From the NCBI RefSeq assembly GCF_963921235.1, contig NC_086108.1, forward strand, positions 66,838,001-66,902,000: a DNA stretch of 64,000 nucleotides. Direction: 5' to 3'. This document shows positions 12,415-25,558 of the stretch, one piece after another; position 1 is the stretch's first letter, and every line of letters starts with the position of its first letter. The stretch is from Mobula hypostoma. Its lineage: Eukaryota. The translations under genes were made by a program, and so were the position numbers. The notes under the pieces were generated by a model that was not told the DNA's origin, ran no database searches, and saw nothing but the letters and a program-made list of their open reading frames with translations.

Positions 12415-13560
12415 CTGGAAAGCAGCATCCATCATCAAGGACCCCCACCACCCAAGCCATGCTCTCTTCTTGCTGCTCCCATCAGGGAGAAAGTACAGGA
12501 GCCTTAGCCCACACCACCAGGTTCACGAACAGTTATTATCCCTCAACCATCAGGCTCTTGAACCAGTGCGAGTAACTTCACTCGCCCCCGTCACTTAACT
12601 GTTCCCACAACCTATGGACTCACTTTCAAGGACTCTTCACAGTTCAAAGTAAATTTTTTTATCAAAATATGTATACTGTATACAACCTTGAGATTTGTCT
12701 TACAGGCAGCCACAAATCAAAGAAACCCAATAGAATCCATTAAAAAAAGACCATCAAACACCCAATGTGCCAAACAAAATCATGCAAACAATAAAAGAAA
12801 GCACCATTCAGAACTGAAGATCACCAAAGTGAGTGTACAGCCACGAAGCCAGTCATCACTACAACCAGTCCTGGAGAGCATTAGTTGCAGGCCACAGCCT
12901 CAGTTTAGCATAGAGGTAAGTAAACCTCACAGAACAGCGAGCTGAACATCAGCCCATTCCTAGCCCCTGGCCCTGATACCCTGACCTCTTCAATGTGGCC
13001 TCGTGGTTAAATCAGCCAAATGGCAGGTTGCTTCTTGCTGTCAGACCTGGGCCCTGCACTTTTGATATGCTCCCGGGCCCAGGACCCACTGCCTCGACTC
13101 TGCCTCACCTCAGTTCTGCTGCTTCGAATTGCCTCCAGGTCTGCTCCAGCAGCCAAGCATTGGCTCGTTGCCTGCTCTGAGGCCCGACTGCCTTGAATCA
13201 GCCCATACACACTTCTCCGAAACCGTCCTGCACCTTCAAGACTTTGGTTCACACCACAAAAATGCCAGGTTATACGGGCAATTTAAAGGCTCAAATCCAA
13301 AAGAGAAGTTACAGGCCAGTGATTGCACTAATCATTTGAGAAAAAGTGTGAGTAATAAAGTAGTTAATATTTGTTTTTGCTGCCAACAAGTCGTCACTGT
13401 GTTTCACCAGTGCCATCTTAAACTCTTCATCTCATGTTCTCAATATTTATTGCTTATTTATTTATTATTATTATTATGTCTTTTTTTCTTTTATATTTCC
13501 ACAGTTTGGTGTCTTTTTCACATTGATTGGTTGTCTGTCCTGTTGGGCACGGTCTATATA
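12415..13560 (+). mobile_element. Rex1-type LINE 3' tail interrupted by an insertion
   Basis: aagcagcatccatcatcaaggacccccacca...ggactcttca|tctcatgttctcaatatttattg is the same family as 29730-30120 and 58420-58840. Confidence 0.7.
12640..13421 (-). mobile_element. Non-autonomous non-LTR retroelement (about 780 bp) with 8-bp TSD
   Basis: Flanked by actcttca (12632-12639 and 13422-13429). The minus strand starts aagatggcactgg and ends with a tactttgaact tail like the Rex1-type tails here. Confidence 0.65.
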
Positions 13561-15109
13561 TAGATAGGTAGATAGATATCTTGTACATCATCCAGATGAC
13601 TTTTCTTCATAGGCAAGAATAAACTACAGATTTTGAAAGAGAGGCTTTACTGGTCATTTGAACCACAGAGGTAGACAATGCCATCTGTATGAATGTTCTT
13701 AAAAATGTAACATATCTGTGTCAAATATGCTACCGATATGTACCGTAGATGTTTACATATAGAGATAACGCATCTTCCCATCAGGCATGGGAAGAGAAAG
13801 ATGTTCTCAAATTCCAGTGCCACAGTCATTGCAGAATCATGCCATCACGCATATTTGAAGCATGGACATTCCATAAATCATAGTTTGAAATTTAAACTGC
13901 TGCAGTGCACTCTTTCTACTTTGTACCTGATGCACTTGTGAGGGCTTATGCACTGCATGGGCGGAGTTACTTTCCTAAATAATCATCAGTGGAAGGCAGC
14001 TGGAAATTACCTGGAGCAGGGAGACACAGCTGAGGTAGTTCATAGAATTAAATCCTCAGCCACCTCACTACGTTTATGGCCATTATCATTGTGACATAAT
14101 TTTAATCACATATCCACCTACTGGGCACGGTCAACAACCTCACCATATGCAACTCCACACACAAAGAAGCTTAATGAGTTTGCAGCTGTCTGCCATTAAT
14201 CCATTTATTCTCAGATATCAGATATACTCCCTTTGTTCTTTCCAACTCTCTTCCACATTCGCTGTTAATGAAAACTTACTTGTTTCCCTCTCTTTCCTGG
14301 CAAGTGCTCTCAGACCTGAAAGGTTGACTGTTTCTCTTCCCACAGATGCTGCCTGAGCTGCTAAGTGCTTTCAGCATTTTCTGTATCTGTGCAACAGGTA
14401 ACATCCCACCAAAGGTCAAATCAAAAAGAAGGCCTTAGAGGTTATGCCATGGGATCATCCTCAAAAAAGAAGATGAAATCACCTGTGGTGCCTATATAAT
14501 GGTCTCCTTACTGTCAGGGACAGGGAAGGCCATCACTGATGCTTTCCTTAATCTAAAGGTCATAAAAAGTATTCAGCAACTCAGAGTGTGGATTGTTTTG
14601 AAGGTATTGGGTCTGGAAAACGCTTCTCAAATGTGGCTGGTTCCAGCAATTCATTTCTGTTCTACAAGCTGTCATATTAAATAACCATTCCCCCAGGAGC
14701 CCATTTCCATTGCATACTGGGATAAAGTAAAGTAGGGCCTTTTCACCATCTTTTTCACTATTTCTCATCTCAATATGGGCCTCACTTCAAACAAAATCCC
14801 ATTGCAATGAAGCTAATATACAAGATGAATGGTGAACTGTTCAATCTACATTTCTTCACTTAAGAACAAAGCTCACTCTAATGTTAACTATTGATCTACA
14901 GTACACAGATAACATTTGCACATATTTGCATCTGGAAGCTGAACCCTGAGCCATCATTGCCTTGTTCACCAAAGCACACAAGGAAGGCCTTTGACTAAAT
15001 ATTCAAAAACACAAGTATTTTACCAAGGAAACACACATAAAATACAGCAGAAACTCAGCAGATCAGGCCACATCTATGGAAATTTCTGGCTAAAGAAATT
15101 CCTCCTCAT

Positions 15110-15610
15110 CTCCAGAGAGCATAGCCTCAGAATAGAACAGAGATGAGGAGGAATTTCTTTAGCCAGAGGGTAGTGAATCTGTGGAATTCATTGCCATAGA
15201 CACCTGTTGAAGCCAAGTCATTGGGTATATTGAAAGTGGCTTCCATTGAGGATATAATGAGTGCAGTGGACAAAGAGAATAGGTAGATTTACTATACTTG
15301 AATTTGCAGAGAGCATTCAATAAGGCATCCATATCCAGAAGATAAGGATGCATAGATTTGGTGGTAGTGTGTTAGCATAGAAAGAGAGTTGGTTAATCAA
15401 GAGAGGGCAGACATGGGATAATTGGGTGTTTCTCTAGTTGGCAATCGGTGGTCAGCAGGGTGCCACAGGGGTCAGTGCAACTGTTCATGGTATACTTTTA
15501 CAATTTGGAAGAGGGATTGAGCGTAGTGTATCTAAGTTTGCTGATGGCATTAAAGTGACTGGAAAAGCAAATTGTGCAGAGGATGTGCAAGTCTGCAGAG
15601 AGATACAGAT
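15110..15610 (+). mobile_element. CR1 LINE fragments
   Basis: RT remnant SVSKFADGIKVTG and the 3' motif gtgaatctgtggaattcattgcca. Confidence 0.65.
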
Positions 15611-15942
15611 ACAGTCCTCTGCTTACCGTCATTTTATGGACATACAATCAATGTATACAAGCTATCTTATGTATTTATGTTAATGGCATTTTGCAGCTAA
15701 TGTGTTCTTTATCTTACTGTAATATTTTTGTGCTACATTGGATCTGGAGTAACAATTATTTTGTTCTCCTTTACACTTGTGTACTGGAAATGACATTAAA
15801 TAATCTTGAATCTTGAAACAGCCTATTCCCTTAGGCCATGAGACGACTGAACTTGCTGCCACCACCCAGGTCTTACCATGTATGAAGTGCCAGTAGCGTT
15901 ATACTGTTTACTTTTTAACTTGTACATAAATGTAACATATTA

Positions 15943-16763
15943 CAGTGGATTCCTGTAATTAGGCCACATTGGGCCCAAATAAGTGCTGCCCCAATTAGCA
16001 GCAGATTCATGGAAATAGTTTAAATGGTATAGAGAAGACAAACTACCGTTTAACTGAGTAACAAAATTATGTATTTCAATGAAATACAGAACAAATGAGA
16101 ACACTACCAATACAACTGCAGTATTATTAAACTGTATTAGTTTGTAATAGTTATCAGTGGAGGAATTCATCTAGTGTACATTGATATGTTCTTTTGATTG
16201 ACTCTAAATGAACAATATCAGCACAAACTTCTAATGCAGATAACGGACTGTCTTCATACAAGGCATTCAACAAGTGTATCCTCCAAATCTTAATTTTCAT
16301 TGCAACATTCAAGATGATCATTGATACCTTGAAATTCTTCATAGTTCCTAACTTGATGATGTAGTAAAATCATTTCATTTTCACTCCTGGCTGTATCTGG
16401 CGTCTACAAGTCTTAATGCTTGAAACTGCTGTGCGCGAAACAGTTCTAAATTTTCTTAATACTTACTTCTCACCAACTATCAGGACAAAAATCACTGCAT
16501 GTTGAAAAGAAACATGCAAGTGGCACTACTTAAAAACTGTTCGCTCTAAACACGGTGGTGTCTAATAAACACACAAGTGCATGTGACTGATACTAGTTAG
16601 AAACTGTTCATTTACAGTCTCGTGTCCCAATTAAACAGCATAGTGACCCAAATAAATGAAGAGCATCCCAGCTATTTTCTTGATTTAGTTTTTGTTCTTT
16701 AAAAGTTCTCCCAAATAAGTGGTTCCCCAATTAACCAATGGCCCAATTAACCAGAATCCACTA
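15943..16763. mobile_element. Tigger/pogo-like non-autonomous DNA transposon
   Basis: Imperfect terminal inverted repeats (TIRs) cagtggattcc-gtaatt.ggcc / ggcccaattaaccagaatccact, flanked by TA. A minus-strand remnant ends ...QCTLDEFLH, resembling pogo transposase C-termini. Confidence 0.65.
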
Positions 16764-16865
16764 TATATATTCATTTGTGGTAATGTTATTTTATGTTCTG
16801 TGTGTGAGTTATATGTACTGTGTTGTGCATCTTGGTCCAGAGGGACTTTGTTTCATGGTTTGAAA

Positions 16866-17190
16866 TGACAAGAGGTATATAAGATTATGAGGGGCACTGA
16901 TAGCCGGAGGCTTTTTCCCAGGGCTGAAATGGCTAACAAGGTGCTTGGAAATAGGTACCGAGGGGATGTCAGCGGTAAGCTTTTCACACAGAAAGTGGTG
17001 GGAGCATGGAATGTACTGCCGGTGGTGGCGATGGAAGCAGATACAATAGGGTCTTTTAAGTGCTTCTTAGATAGGTACATGGAGCTTAGAAAAATAGAGG
17101 GTTATGTGTTAGAGAAATTCTAGGCAGTTTCTAGAGTAGGTTACATGGTCGGCACAAAGTGCTGTAGATTTCTATGTCCTATGTTCTAAA
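16866..17190 (+). mobile_element. CR1 LINE 3' end
   Basis: MRGTDSRRLFPRAE..FTQKVVGAWNVLP..FKCFLDRYM, with a ttctatg tail. Confidence 0.85.
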
Positions 17191-17204
17191 CTTGAAATTG
17201 ACTT

Positions 17205-17762
17205 GACTTAAGTGAGTGGGAAAGGGTCTGGCAGATGGCGCACAATGTGGGGTTAACATGAAGTCATCTACTTTGTAAGGAAAAATAGAAGGTTAGGTTA
17301 TTATTAAAATGGTAAAGGTTTGAAGCATGCCTTGTTGCAGAGGAACTTGGGAGGGTTTGTGCATGAGTTGCAAGAGGTTGGGTTGCAGGTGCAACAAGTT
17401 ATCAAGAAAGCAAATGGGATGTTGGCTGTCTTTGCTGGAAGGTTTAAATTTAAGAGGAAAGAGCTTATGCCGCAAATATGCAGTGTACCAATGAGGTTGC
17501 ACCTGGAATATTGCGTGCACATCTGGTCTCCATACTTAAGAAAAGATGTACTGGTTTTGGAGGCAATTGCAGAGGAGGTTCACCAGGTTGATTCTGGAGA
17601 TGAGGTGGTTAGCCTATGAATGGAGATTGAGTCACCTGGGAGAATATGTACTCACAGGAGCTGAGTCCACAGCCAGATCACCCAGGATCTTACAGAATGG
17701 TGAGCCGACTCAAGAGGCCAACTGGTCTACTTCTGCTCCCATTTCTATGATCTTATGTTCTC
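17205..17762 (+). mobile_element. CR1 LINE RT C-terminal fragment
   Basis: KKANGMLA..RLHLEYCVHIWSPYLRKD. Confidence 0.8.
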
Positions 17763-19534
17763 ACTGATGTAGGGGAGGCCACACGGAGAACACCAAATGC
17801 AGTAGACCAGGCTTGAGGAGAGGCAAGTGAATCCTTGTCTAATCTGGAAGGGTTATTTAGGTCCTTGGATGGCAGTTAGACCAAATATAATCCCAGATGG
17901 TCATCTTCAGTTCTCAATTCAAATTACAATAAAAGCAAACATATTACATGCCTTCTTAACTGATCGTTCTACTGACATATTAACTTTCAGTGACTCATTT
18001 TCAATATTTTCAATCCAAGGGTGGCCCATGCATTATCTTTGTCAGATAAGTGTATTTCCTAACAGAATAGCAATCAGAATGATAAAAAAAACATAATGGG
18101 CCGCTCCCCTCTGGGGACTCCTGTTTCTCCAGCTAAATGTTGTTATCCTCCTGCTGGTTCAGCTAGTGCAACAAAGCCAAGACCAAAGCTGGTGCCTTCC
18201 GTACGTGATATCTTACTATTCTGACTTTATTTTTCTCTGTTCATTATCCCGAGAGCTGCCAAATTTCTGATGCTAGTTCGTCTAGACATGACTTAGATAA
18301 ATATACGCCAATCAAAGACATGGAATACGTTCATACTGGAATATTTCATCAATGACAAAATCAGTGAAGAATCAGAAGGAAAGTGAAGCTTGACCCATCC
18401 CACACAGCGAAATAAAAAAAACTTTCAAACTGTGTTGCTCCACAACTGGGTCTGAACCCTGGACAGATGGATTTGTTTAATGCAAGGAAACAACTCACAT
18501 TTATCATTTTAAAAAAGACTCGTACTTTAAAGTATTTAGTACATCTGAATTTGCTTAAAACATGCAGATTTTACTGTCACTGAGTCTTAAATTAGAACAG
18601 AAAAAGATCTGTTCCTATGTAGATTTCATTTGTATATGAAACCCAGACCCAAGTTTTCTTTTTCTAATTAGTACGCCTCACTCATGCCATATTAACAACT
18701 GGCACTGTACTTTGGAATAGTTCTGAGACTTTTGCTTTGCAGGAAAAGAGGATGTTTATTTTAAGACATCTTGAGACGATAGACCATTTGGCCCATTGCA
18801 TTTGAGGGGATCGCTTGAAAGAACACAACAATTCATCTCACTTTGTCAATATATCCCAATATTCTCAATTATTTAATTAACTGCATTTTTATTGATACTA
18901 CTAATGAAGCAGCTTTCACTGTCCTTTCAGATTGCTAGTACCTGCATAACCATTACAAGCACAGTCACAATGGAATAAGAACAAAATATGACTCATGCCA
19001 ACTTTCATAGTTTCTTGCTCAAACCAACAGAGTCATCAAATAATTTTAAGACCAATTTATGTTGCAGACTGCAGATTTACATGGGATAAATTACGAATGA
19101 CAACAATTCAAGTAGGTGTCTCACTATTACTTTACGTATGGTATACTCTGGCCTTACCAACAGCACCCAGCACTGAATTAGGTTCATTATCACTGACACA
19201 AGAGGCACTATAAATGCTGGAAATCTGAAGCAATACACACTATGTGGTGGAGGAGCTCAGTAGGTCAGGCAGCATCTGGGGATGGGAATAAACAGTTGAT
19301 GCTTCAGGCCAAGACCCTTCATTGGGGCCCTTTATCACTAACATACATTATGTTGTGAAATTTGTTGTTTTCTGGCAGCAGTACTGCAAGTTAAATAAAT
19401 AAATAGATAGAGAGGTAAAATACAAAGAACGAACAGTGTTCTCTATAAGTTCCTTCCACGGCTAGTTGGGTGAATATGTTATGGCATGCTATTTACTTAT
19501 TTAACCTTGAAGATCACATTTTGGAAAGAAAGAA

Positions 19535-19715
19535 AAATGCATTTATGTGGCACTTTTTTTTCTTAATTTCAGTAAGTCCAACTATGCTTTGCAACCAGTG
19601 CGGAATTTTTGAGGTATATTCCTCATAATAATGAAGGAAGCATGACAAACAATTTTGCATATAGCAAGCTCCAACAAATGTCAAGGTGATGGCAATCACA
19701 TAATCCATTTTGTGC
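19535..19715 (-). mobile_element. Ancient Deu-domain SINE remnant (AmnSINE/SacSINE-like)
   Basis: tgcatttatgtggcac...ctttgcaaccagtg...aattttgcatatagcaagctccaacaaa resembles the DeuSINE 3' consensus as I recall it. Highly diverged. Confidence 0.45.
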
Positions 19716-19821
19716 AGAATTATCTAATCTATTTTCAGGAGTGCAACAGAATACAAATGTGTACTTTTCCATTTGCTTAACATACAGTACCTTCTTCTAT
19801 GTCCAGGTTGCTGATAACCAT

Positions 19822-20052
19822 TGTAACACTCGCTTTGCCTAGTGGCTTAATATAGGTGGTGATAACCCCCTGCCCGGCCAAACTAAAGAAATCTTGTTTG
19901 GGTGGATGCTGCGCAGTGTGTCCTCTGTTACAAATCAGTACCCCAAAATAACAAACAGTACACAATATGTGATTAAACAATTAAGCTTTATGACTCTTAC
20001 TTTGACTATATGGTTAGTAGAGAAACAAAATATAAAAGAGAAAGGGCCCCAT
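19822..20052 (-). repeat. Truncated 3' LTR of the Gypsy element
   Basis: Direct repeat of 24967-25200, roughly 10% mismatched by hand count. It joins almost directly to integrase sequence. Confidence 0.88.
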
Positions 20053-23000
20053 GTTTTTGCAGAGTCCTCTTACTAGGTGTAGGCTCCAAGTTGGGCTCTG
20101 GGTCTACCTGCATCTCTTGTCCCAAGGGCAACAGGGGGTTCCAATGGAGAATCTTGATAGGCCCTCCTCTGGTTTCACCCGGAAAACTGGTAGATTTGGC
20201 ATCTGACTCTCCACCACATTGGGTGTGGCTGCCCAGCGGTCAGCCAACTTGTGCTTTCCAGGTAAACCTAAATTCCTTATGAGGACTCGGTCTCCCGGCA
20301 AGAGTTGGGAGAACCTCTCTTTCTGATCATACCTCCTCTTATTTCCTCGATTCTGCTTGGCGACCGTGACCCCAGCCAATTCATAAGCCCTTTTCAGCTC
20401 TCTCCTCACATCAGACACGTACTTCAGATAAGGCTTCGGTGGTAAGTCACCCTCGTCAGTCCCAAAACAAAGGTCAGTGGGAATCTTGCCTCGTGCCCAA
20501 ACATCAGATAATATGGCGAGTACCCAGTAGCTTCATTTTATGTACAGTTGTAACTGTGAATCAGATGCCCAATATGTTGACTCCACCTGCTCTTCTTACT
20601 GATCTCCAGGGTCCCGATCATGTCTAGCAAGGTCCGATTAAACCTCTCAGGCTGGGGATTTCCCTGCGGGTGATAGGGTGTGGTCCTCGACTTCTCAACT
20701 CCAAGCATGCCCAGTAACTCATAGATGAGTCTGCTCTCTAAGTCCTGTCCCTGGTCACTATGTATCCGCCTGGGAAGGTCATAATAAACAAAATACTTCT
20801 CTCATAACACTTTCGTCACCATAGTTGCCCTCTGGTCCTTGATAGGAAAAGCCTGAGCATATCTGGTGCAGTGGTCCATGATGTCTAAGACATTTGCCGT
20901 GTTGCTGAAATGGTCTTTTCCACCCCCAAATGTCCAGAATCATCATGAAGTGACTTCAATGCAATCCTCCGATACTTCTCGGGCAGAACCAGCTGGCAAT
21001 GCCGAGGTCAGTCTGGGGGGATCATGACGCGGTATAAGATCTGGTCTTTCAACTCCAACCGAGGCCATTCTTTCAGTAACGGAGGCACCAAAGCATGTTT
21101 CGTCTTCTCTGCCTGAGCCACGTCTCCCTTTTCAACCGCAGACCAAATAGTGCATCTCGCTGAGCAGCTGCCATTTCCCCAGAACTCAATTCCAGCAGCT
21201 GATTTGTCTTCAGAGCAGTCAGGTTACAGTAAACTTGGGGTATGGCATCATCAGAAGCCCCCAATTGATCCACTGCTCGATCCTGCCTCCCCTTTTTCTC
21301 TGCCTTCATTGTGATGGCAAACTGACACATGGCCTTCACCCCAGGGGCAGGAACGCTCTCCCACTCCTTGTCCCTGTCCAGTTCCTCATGCACCCGTTGG
21401 AACAATGCATCCACATCAATGTTCTGGCTCCCCGGCCAATACTTCAGGCTGAAACCATAGGCAGACAACGCTGCCAACCACCAATGGCCTGTAACATCCA
21501 GTTTCATCGAGGTCAGGATATAAGTTAGAGGGTTGTTGTCCATCCTCACCTCAAACTTGGCCCCATAGAGATAGTCATTCAGCTTATCCAGCACCACCCA
21601 GTTCAATGCCGGGAATTCCAACTTGTGCGTGGGATAATTTCTCCTGGAGGGCGACAAACTTCGGCTGACAAATGCCACAGGCTTCAACCTGGTGCCCTGA
21701 TCCTGATACAGGAAGCCCCCCAAACCCTGTCGGCTGGCATCGTGTGCAGTACATATGGCAATCGGGGGTCCGCAAAAGCCAGCACTGGCACCTGGGTCAA
21801 CAGCTCCTTCAACGACTGAAAAGCCTCCTCACATTTTACATCCCACCTCTGTCCAAAGGGCTCCGACAGGTTTAGATATTCTCCACCCTCCAGTCCTTTT
21901 CCCCCTCCCTTTCTTCCTCAAGGGAGGGTAACCACACAGAAGGTGATTCAAGGGGTGACTCACTTTGGCGTAGCCCTTCACGAATCTCCGATAATAACCA
22001 TAGAACCCAAGAAACGAGCACAGAGTGCTCACAGTCTCGGGCCTCAGCCAAGTGATCACCGCTTCTATCTTAGCCAGGTCTGTAGCTACTCCATTCAGTG
22101 AGATTATGTGTCCGACATAGCTAACACGTTTTACAGAACTGGTACTTGTCCAGGGAAAGTTTTAACCCTTCAACTTTCAGGCAGCCGAGCACCTTCAGTA
22201 GCCTCGCTTCATGTTCTTCCAAGGTGGATCCAAATACTATGATGTCATCCAAATACACCAACACCTCAAGCAAGTTCATATCCCCCACCGTCTTCTCCAT
22301 GACCTGCTGGAAGGTTGCAGGGGCTCCTGATATGCCCTGGGGCATCCTTTTGAACTGGAAGGATCCCAGGGGACATATAAATGCCATCTTCTCTTTGTCG
22401 CCCTCACTCATTGGGATATAGTAATATCCACTCCTCAAATCCAGCACACTGAACCACTTCACACCACTCAGACAGGCCAGCGCGTCTTCAACCCTCGGGA
22501 CCATATACTGGTCAGGGCCGGTGCGCCTGTTCAGAGTCCTATAGTCCACACACGTGTACCTTCCAGTTCTTCTTCTGGGCCACTACTATTGGGGACACAT
22601 AGGGGCTTCCGGACTCAGTAATGATCCCAGCTTCCTTCAACTTACACAAATGCTGCTGCACGTCTTCCATGTCTGCAGGGGCCAGCCACCGTGACCTCTC
22701 TCTGAATGGGGTGTCCTTGGTCACCCGAATAGTGTGACAAGTGCTCTTGGAAGAACCCACATCAAACTCGCCAATGGAAAAGACACCTTCCAGCTTCAAT
22801 ATCTTGTCTACCAGCCTCCTTTTCCAACCCCGCGGCACCGGGGAGTCCCTGAAGTTGAATGACTCCGCGGTCAACCTTTCCCCCTTTTCCAATAGTTCTT
22901 CCCGGCATGCCTCACAGGGGCACTACACATTATTGTCACCTGGAACAAATGCGCCAGGGGCATCCCCTGCTTGAAGGTGACCTCCCTCTTCGTAGTGTTC

Positions 23001-24944
23001 CTGACAATCACTGCCATCCTGCTCGCCTGTACAACCAAGGGCTTCAATTCAGTAGCCCAGCCGGAAATCCCGACTCCCCCTCGTGGTCTTCCAGAGCGTC
23101 CACTAAGAGGGCTTCTCCCTCAGGCACTCCGGGAAATTTGGGGGTCCCAATCACTCTCGCTACTTCCACGGGCCGTACCATTATTGGCTTTGACTGGGTG
23201 AACCACACAGTCCCTCGTTTAAATTCGGTATCCGGTCCAATGCTGCCACGCATTTCCTCAAAAGCAGCTCGAAACACTGGGTGCACAGACAATGTTCCCA
23301 AAAAGCTCTTACCCGCCTTCTCCTTGCAGGCCCCCATGAGCCTCCTCACAAGAGGGGTGTTGGACCAACCAGAATTAAAACGCCGCCCGTCTCAACAGGG
23401 GTCGGACAAACCAGCACCACTTTATCAAGAACCTCAGACACTCCCACATCTGCCTCCAAGAACTCCAATTTCACTGACAAATAACCGTCATATGGATAAT
23501 CACCAGCATTGAGACCCCAAATCTCCAGTGCATTGAATGGTGTCGAGGGTAAATGCTTCAGATAACGGTTGTAAAACGAAGAGTACAGTAACATGACCTG
23601 CGACCCAGTGTCCAGTATGGCTTTAGCGTAAATATCCTCTATCCGTAATGACACACTGGAGCATGGTCCCACTAAGCCTTCAGGAATAGGGTCTTTTGCT
23701 TTCGGGAGTTCCTTGGTACATTGCTGCGATCGTGTTCCCCCAGAGACACCAGGCAGTTCCCTCACTGGGTCCCCTCCAAGTTTTTCCAACGACTCTCCCT
23801 GCTGAGGTACCTGGGGGCTCGCTCTCCTTCTGGCGTGACTACCAGCAGCCCTCTGCCTTGTTCATCCCCTTGGGGAATCTTCCTCCCCCCCGCATCCGCT
23901 CCATCATATGGGGGGTGTTACACCCACTGATAACAGCTGACGTAGCTCCGTTCTCATGTCTGCCGCAATCTCCTCTACCGCTCCCTGGCGTAGGCTATCT
24001 GTGGTCACTTCACCGCAGGGAACGACTACCGAGGACTGTACCCTGCTGACTGAGTCTTCCCACGCCTCTGCCGCTTTCTCCTCTTCCCGTACCTCTCTGA
24101 TCAGCTCAACAAAAGATGGAGGGGGGCACGTCTTACGAGACTGTCAAAGACCCCACGCAATCTGGTCATGGAACTGGGCACCCCTGACTATCTGGTCCAT
24201 TCTTAAATGATCCATCTCAGCTGCCTGAATGACTCCTCTGTGCCGCAAGCAATTAAGCTGCCTCTCTAGCCGAAAAATAAAAGCAGAAAGCTTCTCCCTC
24301 TTCTCCTGACGCATGTTTTGAAACCCCACCAGGAGCTCCATTGGGCTTCCAGTCAGACCAAACGTATCTTCCAGGGCTTGCAGACAATTCATAGCTGTCA
24401 CTGCGGGATAATTTAACCTGACAGTTCTGACAATGTCAGCAGCCTGCCCAATCAAACTTTCAACCAATCCCTATCGCTTTTCATCATTCGAGCACTGCCA
24501 TTCATCTAACAACTGAGAGGTCCGTTCCACCCACGTCTCATACTCCTCCTCCCCTTTCGGGGTGGGCATTATTCCAGAGAATCGGTGAAGCCTGCCATAG
24601 CTGGGGCTTTAACTCTGATTTTTCCATTTATTCGCCACAGAAGTAAGGGCAGATACTACCTCAGAATTCTCACTCTTTACCGGGAGATGTGGACTAATTA
24701 GACATTCCAAATCCGACCACTCTTTCCCCTCACTTGTCAGAAATGATAGAATCCTGTCTTTGACATCTCCGCCCCGGCTACCTCAGCGCTGGTCTGCATT
24801 AAAATGAGAGCTGCACCCACCATTTTATTAAACCTCCGCTCACAATCGCAACTTTAACAGTGGAATTAACAATTCATCTGGAGTACAAATATCTGTCCCA
24901 CTGGTTCATTGCTCAGGGTAATCACACAGCATCCAACAGAATTA

Positions 24945-24962
24945 ATCCCGGGCGAACCTCCA
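24945..24962 (-). promoter_or_regulatory. Primer-binding site, probably tRNA-Pro
   Basis: Minus strand TGGAGGTTCGCCCGGGAT lies 4 nt inside the 5' LTR. It differs by three transitions from TGGGGGCTCGTCCGGGAT (tRNA-Pro 3' complement); tRNA-Gln is an alternative. Confidence 0.65.
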
Positions 24963-24966
24963 CAAT

Positions 24967-25558
24967 TGTAACACTTGCTTCGTCTAGTGGCTTAATATAG
25001 GGGGTGATAACCCCCTGCCGGGCCAAACTTAAGAAATCTCATTTGGGTGGATGCTGCACGGTGTGTCCCCTGTTATAAATCAGTACCCCGAATTAACAAA
25101 CAGTACACAATATGCGATTAGACAATTAAGCTTCATAACTCTTACTTTGACTACTGTATATGTTTAGTAGAGAAACAAAATATGAAAGAAAAAGCGTCCA
25201 TATCTTATTAAGCTGTCTGTGCACGCAAAGTTGGAGCTCACAGTTTCCCCTTTGCTGATCCTCCTTCGATCGTGGCTTCCCTTCGGACCCTTGCTCCAAG
25301 TCCACCCCGCCCAGTGGACTACCAAATCACACCATTCGCGCCTTTGATCTCCATCTCCCTCTCTCCCTCTGGCAAAAGCCCGTGAAAGCAACTGCTTTCA
25401 GAATCACAAGACACAGCCACAAATCTTGTATTGGCTACATGCATCCCGTTATCTCCAGCAATAACCCAAACATTTCTGCTACAGATAATCTGTTACCTCA
25501 GCAGTGAACATTACAAAGAAGCCATTACATTAGCAGTGAAACCTTACAGCGTGTTACA
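24967..25558 (-). repeat. 5' LTR of the Gypsy element (592 bp)
   Basis: Inverted termini tgtaacac..gtgttaca. The first ~230 bp (plus-strand order) are repeated at 19822-20052. Confidence 0.9.

Larger units (their letters stand above)
19822..25558 (-). mobile_element. Ty3/Gypsy LTR retrotransposon, degenerate, with PNMA-type gag
   Basis: Domain order is gag (24144-24467), protease (ILDTGSQV), RT (DYRTLN, LDLRSGY, MPQG, YLDD), RNase H (NYPTHKLE, DNNPL), integrase (GDRVL..KLADRW). Termini TGTAACA..TGTTACA; 4-bp TSD ccat/ccgt; many stops and frameshifts. Confidence 0.95.

Noticed and set aside
22859..23512. 217-aa plus-strand ORF
   Set aside because: Antisense shadow of the GC-rich Gypsy pol region.
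24144..24467. Domesticated PNMA-like host gene
   Set aside because: It lies between LTR/PBS and pol, with stops and frameshifts, so it is a dead retrotransposon gag.
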